DNA of 46,553 nt, filler included, from Jimgerdemannia flammicorona (taxonomy: Eukaryota), in the NCBI GenBank assembly GCA_003990765.1. It is 2 parts of 2 records of this genome, joined end to end, with 100 filler letters (N's around TTAATTAATTAA, not from the genome) between each part and the next. Parts side by side here need not be neighbours in the genome. Positions count along the whole stretch, not along the records: positions 1 to 23,230 come from RBNJ01001134.1; 1 more part is not named here. One strand, 5' to 3'. Below are positions 11,944-22,056 of the stretch, one piece after another. Both the position numbers and the translations under genes were made by a program. Within the stretch, counting starts at the first letter, position 1, and each line of letters opens with the position of its first letter. The notes beneath the pieces are model-generated. The model was not told where the DNA came from. It was given only the letters and a program-made list of their open reading frames with translations, and ran no database searches.

Positions 11944-13088
11944 TGCTGTACCACCTGCCCTCGGGGCCTCCGTCCTCATCAATGAGCTCATGGATGAGAA
12001 ACTTCCTCCTCCCCCTCCCCCTGCCTTTACCCCCGCCACTGTCTCATTCGAGACCTGTCTTATCTGCCATCCTTTTCCTCCCCCTGGACCTTCGTCCCTC
12101 TGGTCGTCCGCTCCTCTCCCAGTTCTGGTCGGTTCTTGCCCTCTCTGCCAAGGAGGCTCGTCTCCGCCATGATGTCAACATCGTCACTCCACCCACCGTC
12201 CGCTACTCTGTTCTCCCTGAGGCCTGCCGCCAAGCCCTCTCTGAAGAGGTTCGTGCCACCACTGCCGCTGCCAAACTTGCCGCCGCTGATGCCACCGCTG
12301 CTTCTGCCGCCGCTGCCTCCACCTCCTTCCAATGTGCCTGTGCCGCTTTCGTGGCCTTCGCCTCCTCTCATCTTTCGGATGCTGCCCCCTTCTGTAGCTT
12401 CGCCATCCAGGACATTTCTTCTGTCGCCGCCGACATTGATGCTGTGCGTCGCTTCCTTCTCGCCGGCACCTCTTTTGTCACTCGCCTTCACGAGCAGGAA
12501 ACGTCACGTGCTGCTGCTGCTGCTCACGCCACCGCCACTGCTCCCCTGCCTACCTCCCCTGAGGTTTCGGTCTCTGAGGCCATTCGTGCCGAAGCTCGTG
12601 CTGCTGCTCATGCTGAGGTTCGTTCCTTCGCCACTGCCGCTGCCAAGGCCCCCTCCCAGACCCCCGCCAAGACCCCCGCCAAGCCCAATCAGGCTTCATC
12701 AGCTTCTTCCCAGTCCCCCTCCCCTGCCAAGGCTTCCTCCTCCATTCCCCCTGCCCCCAAGCATGGCCGCCAACTTGGTTCTTGCCCTGTCGGGGCCTGG
12801 CCTTGCACTGTCTGCTCCAGTCGCCTCCACCATGCCTACTGGCACCCGGCTAAGTCCGTCTGTCCTCATGGTGGTGTTCCTTGTGCTGCTGCCCCTTCGG
12901 CTGCTTGCTCGCCTTCGGCCTCCTCTGCCGGTTCCTCCTCTGCCTCCTCTCCCTATGCCCCCAAATGTAAGGGCTGCATGAAAGCCTGTGGCTGCAAGGT
13001 CTGGCACTCTGATGGGGTGTGCTCTCATTCGTTGAGTTCGCCACCTTCAAAAAAAGTCAGAGGGAAGGGGAAGGCCTCCCACTCTTAA
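11873..13088 (+). pseudogene. PLE ORF1 of the right arm (~400 aa); start ATG mutated to ATA, 2-nt deletion near 12057
   Basis: Combining ORFs 11846-12172 and 11814-13088 rebuilds the left-arm ORF1. The C-terminus has CTVC..HHAYWH..C and CKGC..CGC..WH..C. Confidence 0.75.
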
Positions 13089-13097
13089 ACTTCCCCC
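13049..13097 (+). promoter_or_regulatory. Candidate -1 programmed ribosomal frameshift signal (A AAA AAA plus downstream pseudoknot) joining ORF1 to RT
   Basis: ORF1 reads tcA AAA AAA gtc and the RT-frame ORF is -1 at this point with no ATG of its own nearby. Downstream GGGGAAG can pair with CTTCCCC. The same signal occurs at 10042-10090(-). Confidence 0.65.
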
Positions 13098-15103
13098 TGG
13101 CATGGTTCTCCCCCGGTGTCCCCGTCCCTTCTCGGATTCTGTCATCACTTCTGGTGCACCCTGAGTGGTTCCTCATGTTGTCCCCCCTTCGCCTTTCCCA
13201 GTTGCTTGTCCCGAACTTTTGGGTTTATTCTTCTCTTGGAACTCTTTTGTCTCCTCCTTTTTCTTCGGCTGACTGCCCCCTTTCTCCCCTTCAAGTCTTT
13301 GCCTTATCCTTGGGTCCTCACTTTGTTTTTCCTGCGACTCCCTCACAATTCTCCTTCACTGATCTGGCTCGTCTAACACATTTTCATCATACTTTTGACC
13401 TTGCCATTTTCTTTCAAGATCATGGTGAGATGCCCTCTCACTATTTTGTTCCTAGTGATTGAGTCCCCCCTCCCAATGTCTCTTCACACTGTGTATTCCT
13501 CAACATGGCTTGCTCACTGTCCATTCCCAGATGAGCTCACTCTTGCTTGGTTTCGGACCATGCTGTGCGTACCATGCTTAAATTGGTCAAGCAATTGCCT
13601 ATGCATTTGCTCACAGTCACTGATAAGAATCAGGGTTTTGCACTTATTCCTAAGTCGCTCTACCTTGATGGCCTTTCTGCCCTCCTTCGAGCCACAGCTT
13701 ATGAGCCTAGTACTCTTGGATTGGATGAGGTTCTCACTCTTCTTTGGGTTTCTCTGGCTCATGCTAGATCGCTTTCAGATTCCCTGTTTGCAAACCCCAT
13801 TTTTAACTTCTTCCAGGACTCTTTGTCCTCCTCAGATATTTCTCTTCTGGTTTTCTATGCTCTTCCTAAAGTTCACAAGCCTACTTTGGCTTGGCGTCCT
13901 ATCATGGCTGCTTATAGTTCTCCTACCACTGAGATTTCGAAATGGTTATCCCACTTCTTTCTCTCCTGAATGGCTCTCTTGCAACACCGTCTTGGGCCTG
14001 AGTATACTATTCTTCGTGATACTCAGGAGCTCGCCCTTCTCTGCTCCACCATTGTGCCTGTTCACCATTTTTCCCATTTGGCCTCTGGTGACTTCTCTTC
14101 CTTCTATACTGCTATTCGTTTTGATGAGATCGATGATTGCCTTTGCTTCTTGGGTTCCTTGGTTTTTCCTTTAGATTCCCTGGTTTCACTGGCTTCTATT
14201 GTTGAGCTTATGCTCCTCGTCTGCGGCTCTAATTATTTTGAGTTGGCCCTTGGCTCCTTTCACCAGACTTCTGGTATCGCTATGGGTACGAATTGTGCCC
14301 CCACCCTTGCCAACCTCATTGGCCTGGCCTATGAATTGCATGTGCTACGTGATATTACTTCACCTCTTTCCGTTGTGTTCCTTGCTGGGGATATCTTCTT
14401 TCACCGATACATTGATGACTTTATTGTCTTCGCTGTTGCTGGCATTGATATCTCTAGTGTGTTCCTGAGCATCTACCCTCCCCATCATTCTATTACTTGG
14501 GTGTGCGGTACAACTAGTATTCCCTTTTTGGACCTTTCCATCTCTCTTTCTCCCTTCCGAACTGTTGTTTATTCCCGTTTTCCCCATTCCCAACAGTTCC
14601 CTGACTTCTTGTCCAATCATCCTCGTTGTACTCTTCTTGAATGTGTTCATAGTGAGGCTTGTCGTCTTGCACTATGCTGCTCCCATCATTCTGATTGGGT
14701 GTCTGCTGTTCAGGTTCTTGGCAACTTCGTGGTCCATCGTCATGCCTACCCTATTTCTATCATTTGTGATCTGCTTGCTTCTGTTGAATGGTCTGTTGTT
14801 CGCGCTTCCCTCCTCTCTCCTCTTTATCCCCCCTCCCTTCCCTCTCTCCCCCCTTACCCTCTCCATACCCCCTCTTCTTTCCCACCCCCAATTCTTGTCG
14901 TACCATTTGATCGTGCTCGCTGGGTTGCTCAACACCCTGATACCGTCCTGCGCTCTTCTCTTTCATGCCATGGACTTTCATCTCTTTCCCGACGCCCTCT
15001 GATTGCTCGTTCGCATCTTCCTTCTGTTTCTTCTTCAATCCATCACTCTCGTTTTGCATTTTCGTCACCTTCTGGTGCCTCTGGTTCTGCCGGAGAGGAT
15101 TAA
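13049..15103 (+). pseudogene. Penelope-like reverse transcriptase (ORF2) of the right arm, one frame with three TGA stops, no endonuclease
   Basis: ORFs 13019-13462, 13547-13969 and 13970-15103 share one frame. Motifs DKNQG, FYALPKVHK, WRPIM, GIAMG, YIDD, FLD and SNHP are present. The stop TAA lies inside the 15-bp inverted repeat. Confidence 0.92.
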
Positions 15104-15278
15104 AAAACATCCTTGCCCCCTCTGGGGTCTCGCGCTCACTCCGGGGTCTCGGCCTCACTCTGCTCCCCTCCACTGCCTTCAGCCCCTCACTTCGCTCGGG
15201 CTCGCTGTAGCTCGCTCCGTTTTGGCCTCACCCCTCACTCGCGCTCACCCCTCTGGGGTCTGCGGATGTTTTTTAATC
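15098..15278 (+). repeat. GC-rich 151-nt spacer bracketed by the 15-bp inverted repeat (right arm)
   Basis: GATTAAAAAACATCC at 15098-15112 and GGATGTTTTTTAATC at 15264-15278, with repeated CCCCTC(C/T)GGGGTCT, CGCGCTCAC and GGCCTCAC units between them. Confidence 0.9.
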
Positions 15279-15599
15279 TCGATTTGGATTTGTTTTGTTT
15301 GTGTTTGTTTGTGATTTTTATCCTGCAACTGAGATGGGCTCCCCCTTTATCTCCGTCTATCTCTGGCAGTCATGTGGTTCCTAATTCGGTTCGCCCCGAG
15401 TTGTGGCACATCCTCCCTTTTGGGACATCGTATTTTGTATATAAGGACTGCATTTTTACATGGCAATAAACAGCTGATGCACTTTCGGTTACATTCTTTG
15501 TTCATCCCCCTTATATACGCTCTTCCACATGTCTTCTGTTCGCTTTGACACTGGCTCTGGGTTCGCTCCTATGGCTCCCACTGGGCCTTCTTCCTCCTC
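15264..15599 (+). repeat. 336-nt terminal repeat, outer copy of the right arm
   Basis: Matches 11608-11943 and ends ...CTGGGCCTTCTTCCTCCTC. Confidence 0.9.
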
Positions 15600-15810
15600 G
15601 ACATTTTGAATAGCTGGTGGAGAGGGTGGGGACTCAGTGGAGAGGATTGACAGAGTTTAGTGAATTGTATTTGCCAGAAAAGTGGAGGGAGGGTTTGGGT
15701 GGCAGGTAGCTGGGTTATCCTCCAATAGGGAGGGATGGAGGATAGAGGAGAGGATCTGAAGGACATCAGTTGAGAGGTTGAGGGTAAAATTGTATTGGTA
15801 TTTATAGATT

Positions 15811-18800
15811 ACACAATTCACATTACACAAACTTCAAGCAACAGTTTTCAACATGACTAGGAGAAAAGGTATTATAAATATATCATCGAGTAAGAGTTCT
15901 GATAGGCATACTGGGTCAGGTGGACCTGGGGCTTTTGGCTGGCAGCATGTGGGGAGAGGGTATGGATTGGGGATGGGGGCTTTTGGAGAGTTGAAGGGTG
16001 GTGAAGGCTCTGGAGGAGGACCAGTGTCTGGTGGATCTGGAGGAAGGCCTAGTCCCTCCAGCTTTGTTGACAAGGTGAAGATGAGTGGATGGCCTGCTGG
16101 AACCAGGGCTGGCACTGCTGAGAGGAAGGGCAAGGCTAGCGTCAGGAGGGGGAGTGGCCCTCAGGGGGGAGATGAGAGCATAGGGGCTGGAGGGGCTGTG
16201 GCTGGGGGTGTGACTGTTGATGGGAGTGTGACGGGGGATCAGGAAAAAAAAAGAGATGTAACAGCTGATGGCCAGGTGGGGCAGGGGTTCCCAATGTGGA
16301 AGGGAGACCTGGTGGATAGTGTAACAGGGCTGGTGGTGGCCCCGTTGCTCAAGAAGTCGATCTCAGAGTTTGCAGCTACCTTGTGCTTTCAAGGCTTGGC
16401 AGTGATGGCGAGGATGGTCCTGGGGCTTATTTCGAAGCAGGTGGCTGGGGCAGCCTTGGTGAAGTTCCTGAAGAGTCTAGAGGGGGTTGAGGTAGGCTTT
16501 GAAGAGGCAGGCCCACTGGATGAGGCTCTGAAGAATGGAGTAGTAGTTGGGGAAGTGGTGGTCCCCATGGTGTGGTGCTTGAGGTGGGACCTCAGAGTGG
16601 TGCAGCTTCTGGTGAGGAGGGTGCTGATGGTGATGAAGGAGGAGACTAGGAGGAGGGTGGAGGAGGTGATGGTAGAGTATGGTAATACATATGGTGGACA
16701 TTGGCTTCCAGATGTGGGAGGGGACCACATTCAGGATAGGTGATATTGATGTCAGGATTCAGCTGGTGGGGAAGGAGGTCACTGGGAAGTCGAGTGACTG
16801 GCCCTTGGTGCTAATGTAGGTGTAAGGTGTTGAGGGTGAAAGAGAGTGAAGAGGAGGAGGAGGACTTGTTGGAGGCTCCGGAGGAGTTGAGTGGTGCAGT
16901 TGAGAGGAGGGCAAAGGCCTGAAGAGTGTTTGAGGAGTCAACACATCTGGAGATTGTCAATGGGAAGTATATTCACACTGACAAGAGGCAGTGGGAGCAG
17001 GCCCAGGGGTGCAGGAGGCAGAGGGAGCTATTGTAAGTATGAAAGGAGAGGCAAAGAAGAAGATAGATAGGGCTGCAGTGTCTGGGGGCATCGAAGCCAG
17101 TGTCTGGACTAGTAAAGGAGAAGGGGAGGTAGAGGCAAATGAGAAAGGGGCTGGGAAGGTACCAAGCAAGAACCTCTATGCTGATGGCACGTTTGAAGTC
17201 TGGGAGCAGGATTTGGATGCCACCCCCCCCCCTCTTATCAGAAGGGGCCTGGCTGTGAGAAGAGGGACAACAGAGGATGTGCTGATGCAGGGGGCCCAGT
17301 AAGTGCACTTTGGGGTCCCCAATGTGGCCAAAGGGGGCCAGGTGGTGGCAGTTGGCAAGGACAAGCTGATGGATATCTCTGAAGAGAAGTGGGATGAGGC
17401 TGCCAGTGTAGGAGCTGATACCACAATGTTGGATGTAGGGTGGCCAGGGACTCCGGGAGGGAAGGAGGTGGGGAATCTGCTGTGGATGAGTAAGATGATG
17501 GATAACCTCATGGCTGAGGAGTTGGGAGAGGTGGACCTGTATGTGATGCCTGAGGAGTATTGGGAGAGGTGGACCTATATGTGATGCCTGAGGAGCATTG
17601 GGCATGGATTCTGCATGGCAATGGAGTGGTGGAGGCACTGAAGGTGGAGATTCTAGTGATTTTCATAGAGGAGAAGAGATATGAGATTGATAAGGTGAGA
17701 GAGGCAGAGCTGGCAGTTGTTGCTGGTGAGCAGACTGCCTTGTCTGGAGTATTATGAGAACTTTGAGAAGAGAGAGGATGGGGTGATGGCTGAACTTCTG
17801 GGAGGGTTGGAGGCACAGGAAGCTGAGAAGAAAGAACTAGTGGCAGAATAAGAATTGGACTTGGCACAGGAGGAGTTGAATGTGGATTTGTAGAGGATGT
17901 GAGTGATATATAACATTATTTCTTATGAACAGTACAACCAACATTTTCTCTTTGAATGTGAATGGGTTAAGAGGTGCTAGGTAGTGTAAGAACATTTTTA
18001 CTTGGCTCAAGGGATTGGAGGCTGATCTCTTTTTACTGCAGGATGTACGGTGTGAGGATGAGGACAATTGGGTGGAGTGGACTAGGGAATGGGGTAGGGC
18101 TATTGCTTGGTTTGGCAAAGTGGTGATTCTGGTGAAGAAGGGTAGAGGTGACCTGGGGGAAATCAGGAACTGGGGTGAGCGATTGGTCTGGGGAGATTGG
18201 ATTTGGCCAGGGTAGGAATCAGTGAGGGTTGGCTCCTGTTACTGCCCTGCAGTTAGGGGGCGAGAGGATTATATGGATTGAGGAGCTGCTGGAGGAGGGT
18301 ATTTTCTTAGAGGAAGGAGTCGATATTCTGGGTGGTGATTTTAATATGGTTCAGGATCCACATCTGGATAGAACTGATGGAGAGAGAAATACAGGTAGGA
18401 GGAGTGGTGGTCTGGAGGCATGGGAGGAGGTAGAGAATCTTAGTTCCTTAGGGGATATGGGCAGAATGCAGTGGGGTGACACCAGGGTCTACACACATTG
18501 GGTGAATGGCTTAGATATGAGGATTGACTGGATACTGACAGCCAAATGTTGGGGTGCTGATGTTAGGAAGACTTTGGAGGTAGAGTAGTGCCCGTGGTCT
18601 GATCACTAGAGACTGTTGAGGCAGGGGCAGTTTGGGGGGAGTGGAGATGGACCCAGACATTAGTGCCTTAACTTCTCCCTGCTGGCTGAGAAGGGGTTGT
18701 GGGAATCATGAGTGGAGGATGTGCAGGTGAAGGTTCCTTTCTGGAGGCATGAGGGTTTGTCTGTTGGTGTCTGGTGGATGAGGTTGAAGGAGGCTATAAG

Positions 18801-21050
18801 GGTTTATTGAGGTGGAGCTGATAGAGAGACTGGGAGACAGAGGAGGAAGCACATATGGTGTGCTTCAAATAGGTTGATAAGATTGCAGATGGAATGGGCA
18901 GACTTGCTTTCTTCTGTTGAGAGGGATGATTGGAGGTTAGAGTGGGCAAAATTGGAGGTAGTAGAACTGCAACAGGTGTTGAGAGAGAAGGAAGAGATTC
19001 ATATGCAAGGGATGGCTGCCAGGTTATGGTGGCAGGAGCTAGAGGAGGGGGAGCAGCCTACTAGGTACTTGTCTAGACTCCTCAAAGCTAGGAGGGTGTG
19101 ACATAGATGGGATGGGGTCTTGGATGCTGAGGGAAATATGGTACATGGCTTGCAACAGATCTTGGGGGTTTTGAAGGAGAGTTGGCAGGGTCTGTAGAGT
19201 GAGAAAGAAGGGGGTGTGGAGGAAGAGGCAATTGGTGATGCCCTGGAAGAGTAAGAGCCACTGCAGGTGGAGAGACTGGGTAATCTGATCTTATTAGTCC
19301 AAGAGGAGGAGATCTGGGGGGTCCTTGCAGCCACTAAGCTTGGGATGGTACCTGGGGAGGATGGGTTACCTTGGGACTTCTGGAAGAAGATGGCAAAGGT
19401 CTCTGAAGTATTAGGAGAGATGGCTGCCCTCTGTGACCATGTTCTTCTGAAAGGTGAGTAGGTTGGAGAGCAGAACTTAGGGCTGGTGGCCTTATTGTAT
19501 AAAGGCAAGGGTAGGTGGGAGGACTGGAGGAACTGGAGACCAATCATGCTTCTGGATATGGACCGGAAGTTGGTGACTAAGGTAATTGTTGCAAGATTAC
19601 AGAAGGTTGCTCAACAGATGCTGGGTGAGGAGCAGCAGGGCTTTGTAGGAGGTAGACTTATCAGAGATGGGACTGCCTGGGTGTATGGCATCATAGAAGG
19701 GGCCTGGGCTTGCAGACTAGATGGTAGACTGGTCTTTCTGGACCAGGAGAAGGCCTATGACCATGTTCGGCAGGTATGGCTGGGCAAGGTGCTGAATAGA
19801 ATTGGTGTTCTACAATAGTTTAGGGCTTCTATGTTGAAGTTGTTGGAGGGTAGTAGGGCAGTACTAATGTGCAATGGTCACAGGGGTTTGGCATTTCCCT
19901 TGGAGAGAGGAGTTCCTCAAGGAGACCCACTGTCTCCTATTCTTTATATCCTGTCACTGGAACCTTTGATGGATAAGATCTATAGGAAGGTGGCCGGGCT
20001 CTCTGTGTATGGTGTAGTGTGGAAGGTGGGGGCCTTTGCAGATGATATGGTAGTTAGACTTGGATCAGTGGCAGATGTAGAGGCAATTAAGGAAATGGTG
20101 GAATAGTATGAGGCATACTCTGGGGCGAAACTCAACTGGCATAAGTGTGAGACAATGGTGTTGGGGAATGGGCTAGTGGAAGGGGATGTCATTGGAACAA
20201 TTGGCCTCACAGGAGAGGTAGTGAGGTATCTTGGTATCTTTCTCTCTATATATGGGTCAGTCTTACCACAGATATAGTGGGAGAGGAGGGTAGCTGTTTG
20301 AGGGGAGGCTCTTTGAGGTTGGGGGGGTCATCACATCTCCCTGGTGGGGCAGGTATCAATCTTGAATGTTTACTGGTTTCCCAAGCTGTAGTATGTGGCA
20401 TATTACTTAGACTTTCCAGCCTGGGTGGTGAAGAGGCTGATGAAACTGGCTAGAGATTGGATTTGAGCAGGAAGAAGGTCCCAGATCAGTTGGGATACCC
20501 TTGTGGAGCCAGGGATTAGGAGAGGCCTAGGTCTGGTAGATTTCCCTAAGTAGCTATACTGTCTGCGAGCCTGGTGGTTGAGAATGGCAGTGGAGCTGCA
20601 GGGAGGAGGTTGGGTACTGCTGATACAGAAGGTATGGGAGATGAGATTCTCTTCTCAAGGGTTCTCAGGAGATTTGCTCTCTCTGGTGGGTCTGAAGGGA
20701 AGCCGACAGATGAGATATAAGGGCTTCTGGTGTGGAGTAGTGGATGGAGCACACCAGATAGGCTGGTGTGGCAATGAGGGAGAGGTGGTGTGGGGCTCTG
20801 CTATATAGCATTGGGACTGACTACTTCAAGGGGGGTCTCTACTTGCTGTGTTTGACATTGGCAATGGAGTAGAGTATCAGCAGGAACTTGGCTGGGATCT
20901 TTGGCCAAGGAGTTGGCAGGTAGTGGGGATTGGTAAGGAGTGGGACTGAGCAGGAATCTAGTCCTGGAGTACTGAGGTGTGGAGGTGGCTTCCTCCCAAA
21001 TTCTGGGTAGTATGGTGGTGAATGCTACAGAGGAATGTTATGTTGAATTC
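15811..21050 (+). mobile_element. L1/Tx1-like LINE copy 2 (ORF1 ~15880-17892; ORF2 17925-21050), broken at its 3' end by copy 3
   Basis: Leader acaattcacattacacaaacttcaagc; MNSTTNIFSLNVNGLR; ILGGDFN; NWRPIMLLDMDRKL; FLDQEKAYD; GVPQGDPLSP; AFADD. Confidence 0.9.
17522..17597 (+). repeat. 38-bp tandem duplication in ORF1 of LINE copy 2
   Basis: ttgggagaggtggacct(g/a)tatgtgatgcctgaggag(t/c)a occurs twice. Confidence 0.85.
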
Positions 21051-22056
21051 CACCTTTCTCTGCTACAATTCATGTTATACACACTTTTACAACACACTTT
21101 TAAGTCATTTATTAGAGAAAGGTACTAAGATAATGTCAACCAGCAAGTGAACTGACACACATACTAGGTCAGGCAGACCCAGGGCCTTCGACTGGCAATA
21201 TGTCAGAAGAGGGTATGGGCTTGAAATGGAGTCCTTCAGTGGCTCAAGTTGGCAGGGCAGCTTGGGCAGTGGAGGTGGTACTGGTGGGGGGGCTGGAGGG
21301 CAGTAGGGGAGGAGCTTTGCAGACATGCTGAGGACTGGAGGTTGGCTGGTGGGAGCTTGCAGTGAACAGGTAGGAGGGAAGGGGAAGCAGAAGGCTGGGG
21401 ATGCTGAGGGTGCTGGGCCTTTGCTGGTGGGAGGTGGGGGAAGTGGAGTAGCTGCTGGGGGTAGTGGCAGGACTGCTGATGGTAGCGTGACTGGGAATCT
21501 GGCAAAAAATTTAGATGTGGTGGTTGATATTGGGGCTGGGCAGATGGGCCCAAAAAGAAAAGGGGACCTGGCCAATGGTGTGATGGGACTGGCAGTGGCA
21601 CCATTACTCAAGAAATCGATCTTAGAGTTTGTGGCCACCTTGTGCTTCTGGGGCTTAACAGTGATGGCCAGGATGGTTCTGGAGCTTATTTCAAAGCAGG
21701 TGGCTGGGGTAGCCTTGGTGAAGTTTCTGAAGGGTCTGGAAGGGGTTGAGGTGGGCTTTGAGGAGGCGGGCCCACTGGATGAGGCCCTGAAGACTGGAGT
21801 AGTAGTTGGGGAAGTAGTGGTCCCCATGGTGTGGTGCTTGAGGTGGGATCCCAGAGTAGTGCAGCTTCTGATGAGGGGGGTGCCTATGATGACAAAGGAG
21901 GAGACCAGGAGGAGGGTGAAAGCCTGGAAGCTGTTTGAAGAGTCAACGCATTTGGAGGTTGTGGATGGGAAATGTATCCGTACTGACAGGAGGTAGTGGG
22001 AGTGGGCCCAGGGGTGCAAGAGGCAGAGGGAGCTATTGGTGAGTATGAAAGGAGGG
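21051..22056 (+). mobile_element. LINE copy 3: 5' leader plus partial, internally deleted ORF1
   Basis: Leader cacctttctctgctacaattcatgttatacac. ORF 21325-21996 is close to copy 2 ORF1 (APLLKKSILEFVATLCF) and skips about 250 nt near 21917. Confidence 0.85.

Larger units (their letters stand above)
7541..15599. mobile_element. Palindromic head-to-head dimer of an endonuclease-deficient Penelope-like retroelement (arms 7541-11529 and 11608-15599, loop 11530-11607)
   Basis: The arms (3989 and 3992 nt) are reverse complements along their whole length and differ mainly by C/T and G/A transitions. Each arm carries ORF1, RT and terminal repeats. Confidence 0.92.
2081..15810 (+). mobile_element. L1/Tx1-like LINE copy 1, split by the Penelope-like palindrome (LINE parts 2081-7540 and 15600-~15810)
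   Basis: Shares the family 5' leader (accttttaccagtaacattca...). Decayed ORF1 and ORF2 follow. 15600-15810 resembles the 3' end of copy 5 (gggagggtttgggtggcagg vs ggggaggggttggggtcatgg). Confidence 0.85.

Noticed and set aside
10169..12981. Pro/Leu-rich and Gly/Arg-rich ORFs in alternative and antisense frames of PLE ORF1
   Set aside because: Shadow frames of GC-rich, Ala-codon-rich DNA with no motifs.
13425..13530. Apparent intron (GTGAGA...GCTCAC...CAG) that might bypass the lesions upstream of the RT core
   Set aside because: Splicing would join into the wrong frame and delete the SDWVPP motif.
15113..15263. Resemblance of GCTC repeats and GGCCTCA to AAV ITR/Rep-binding elements
   Set aside because: Short low-complexity similarity only, and no Rep/HUH gene is present in the window.
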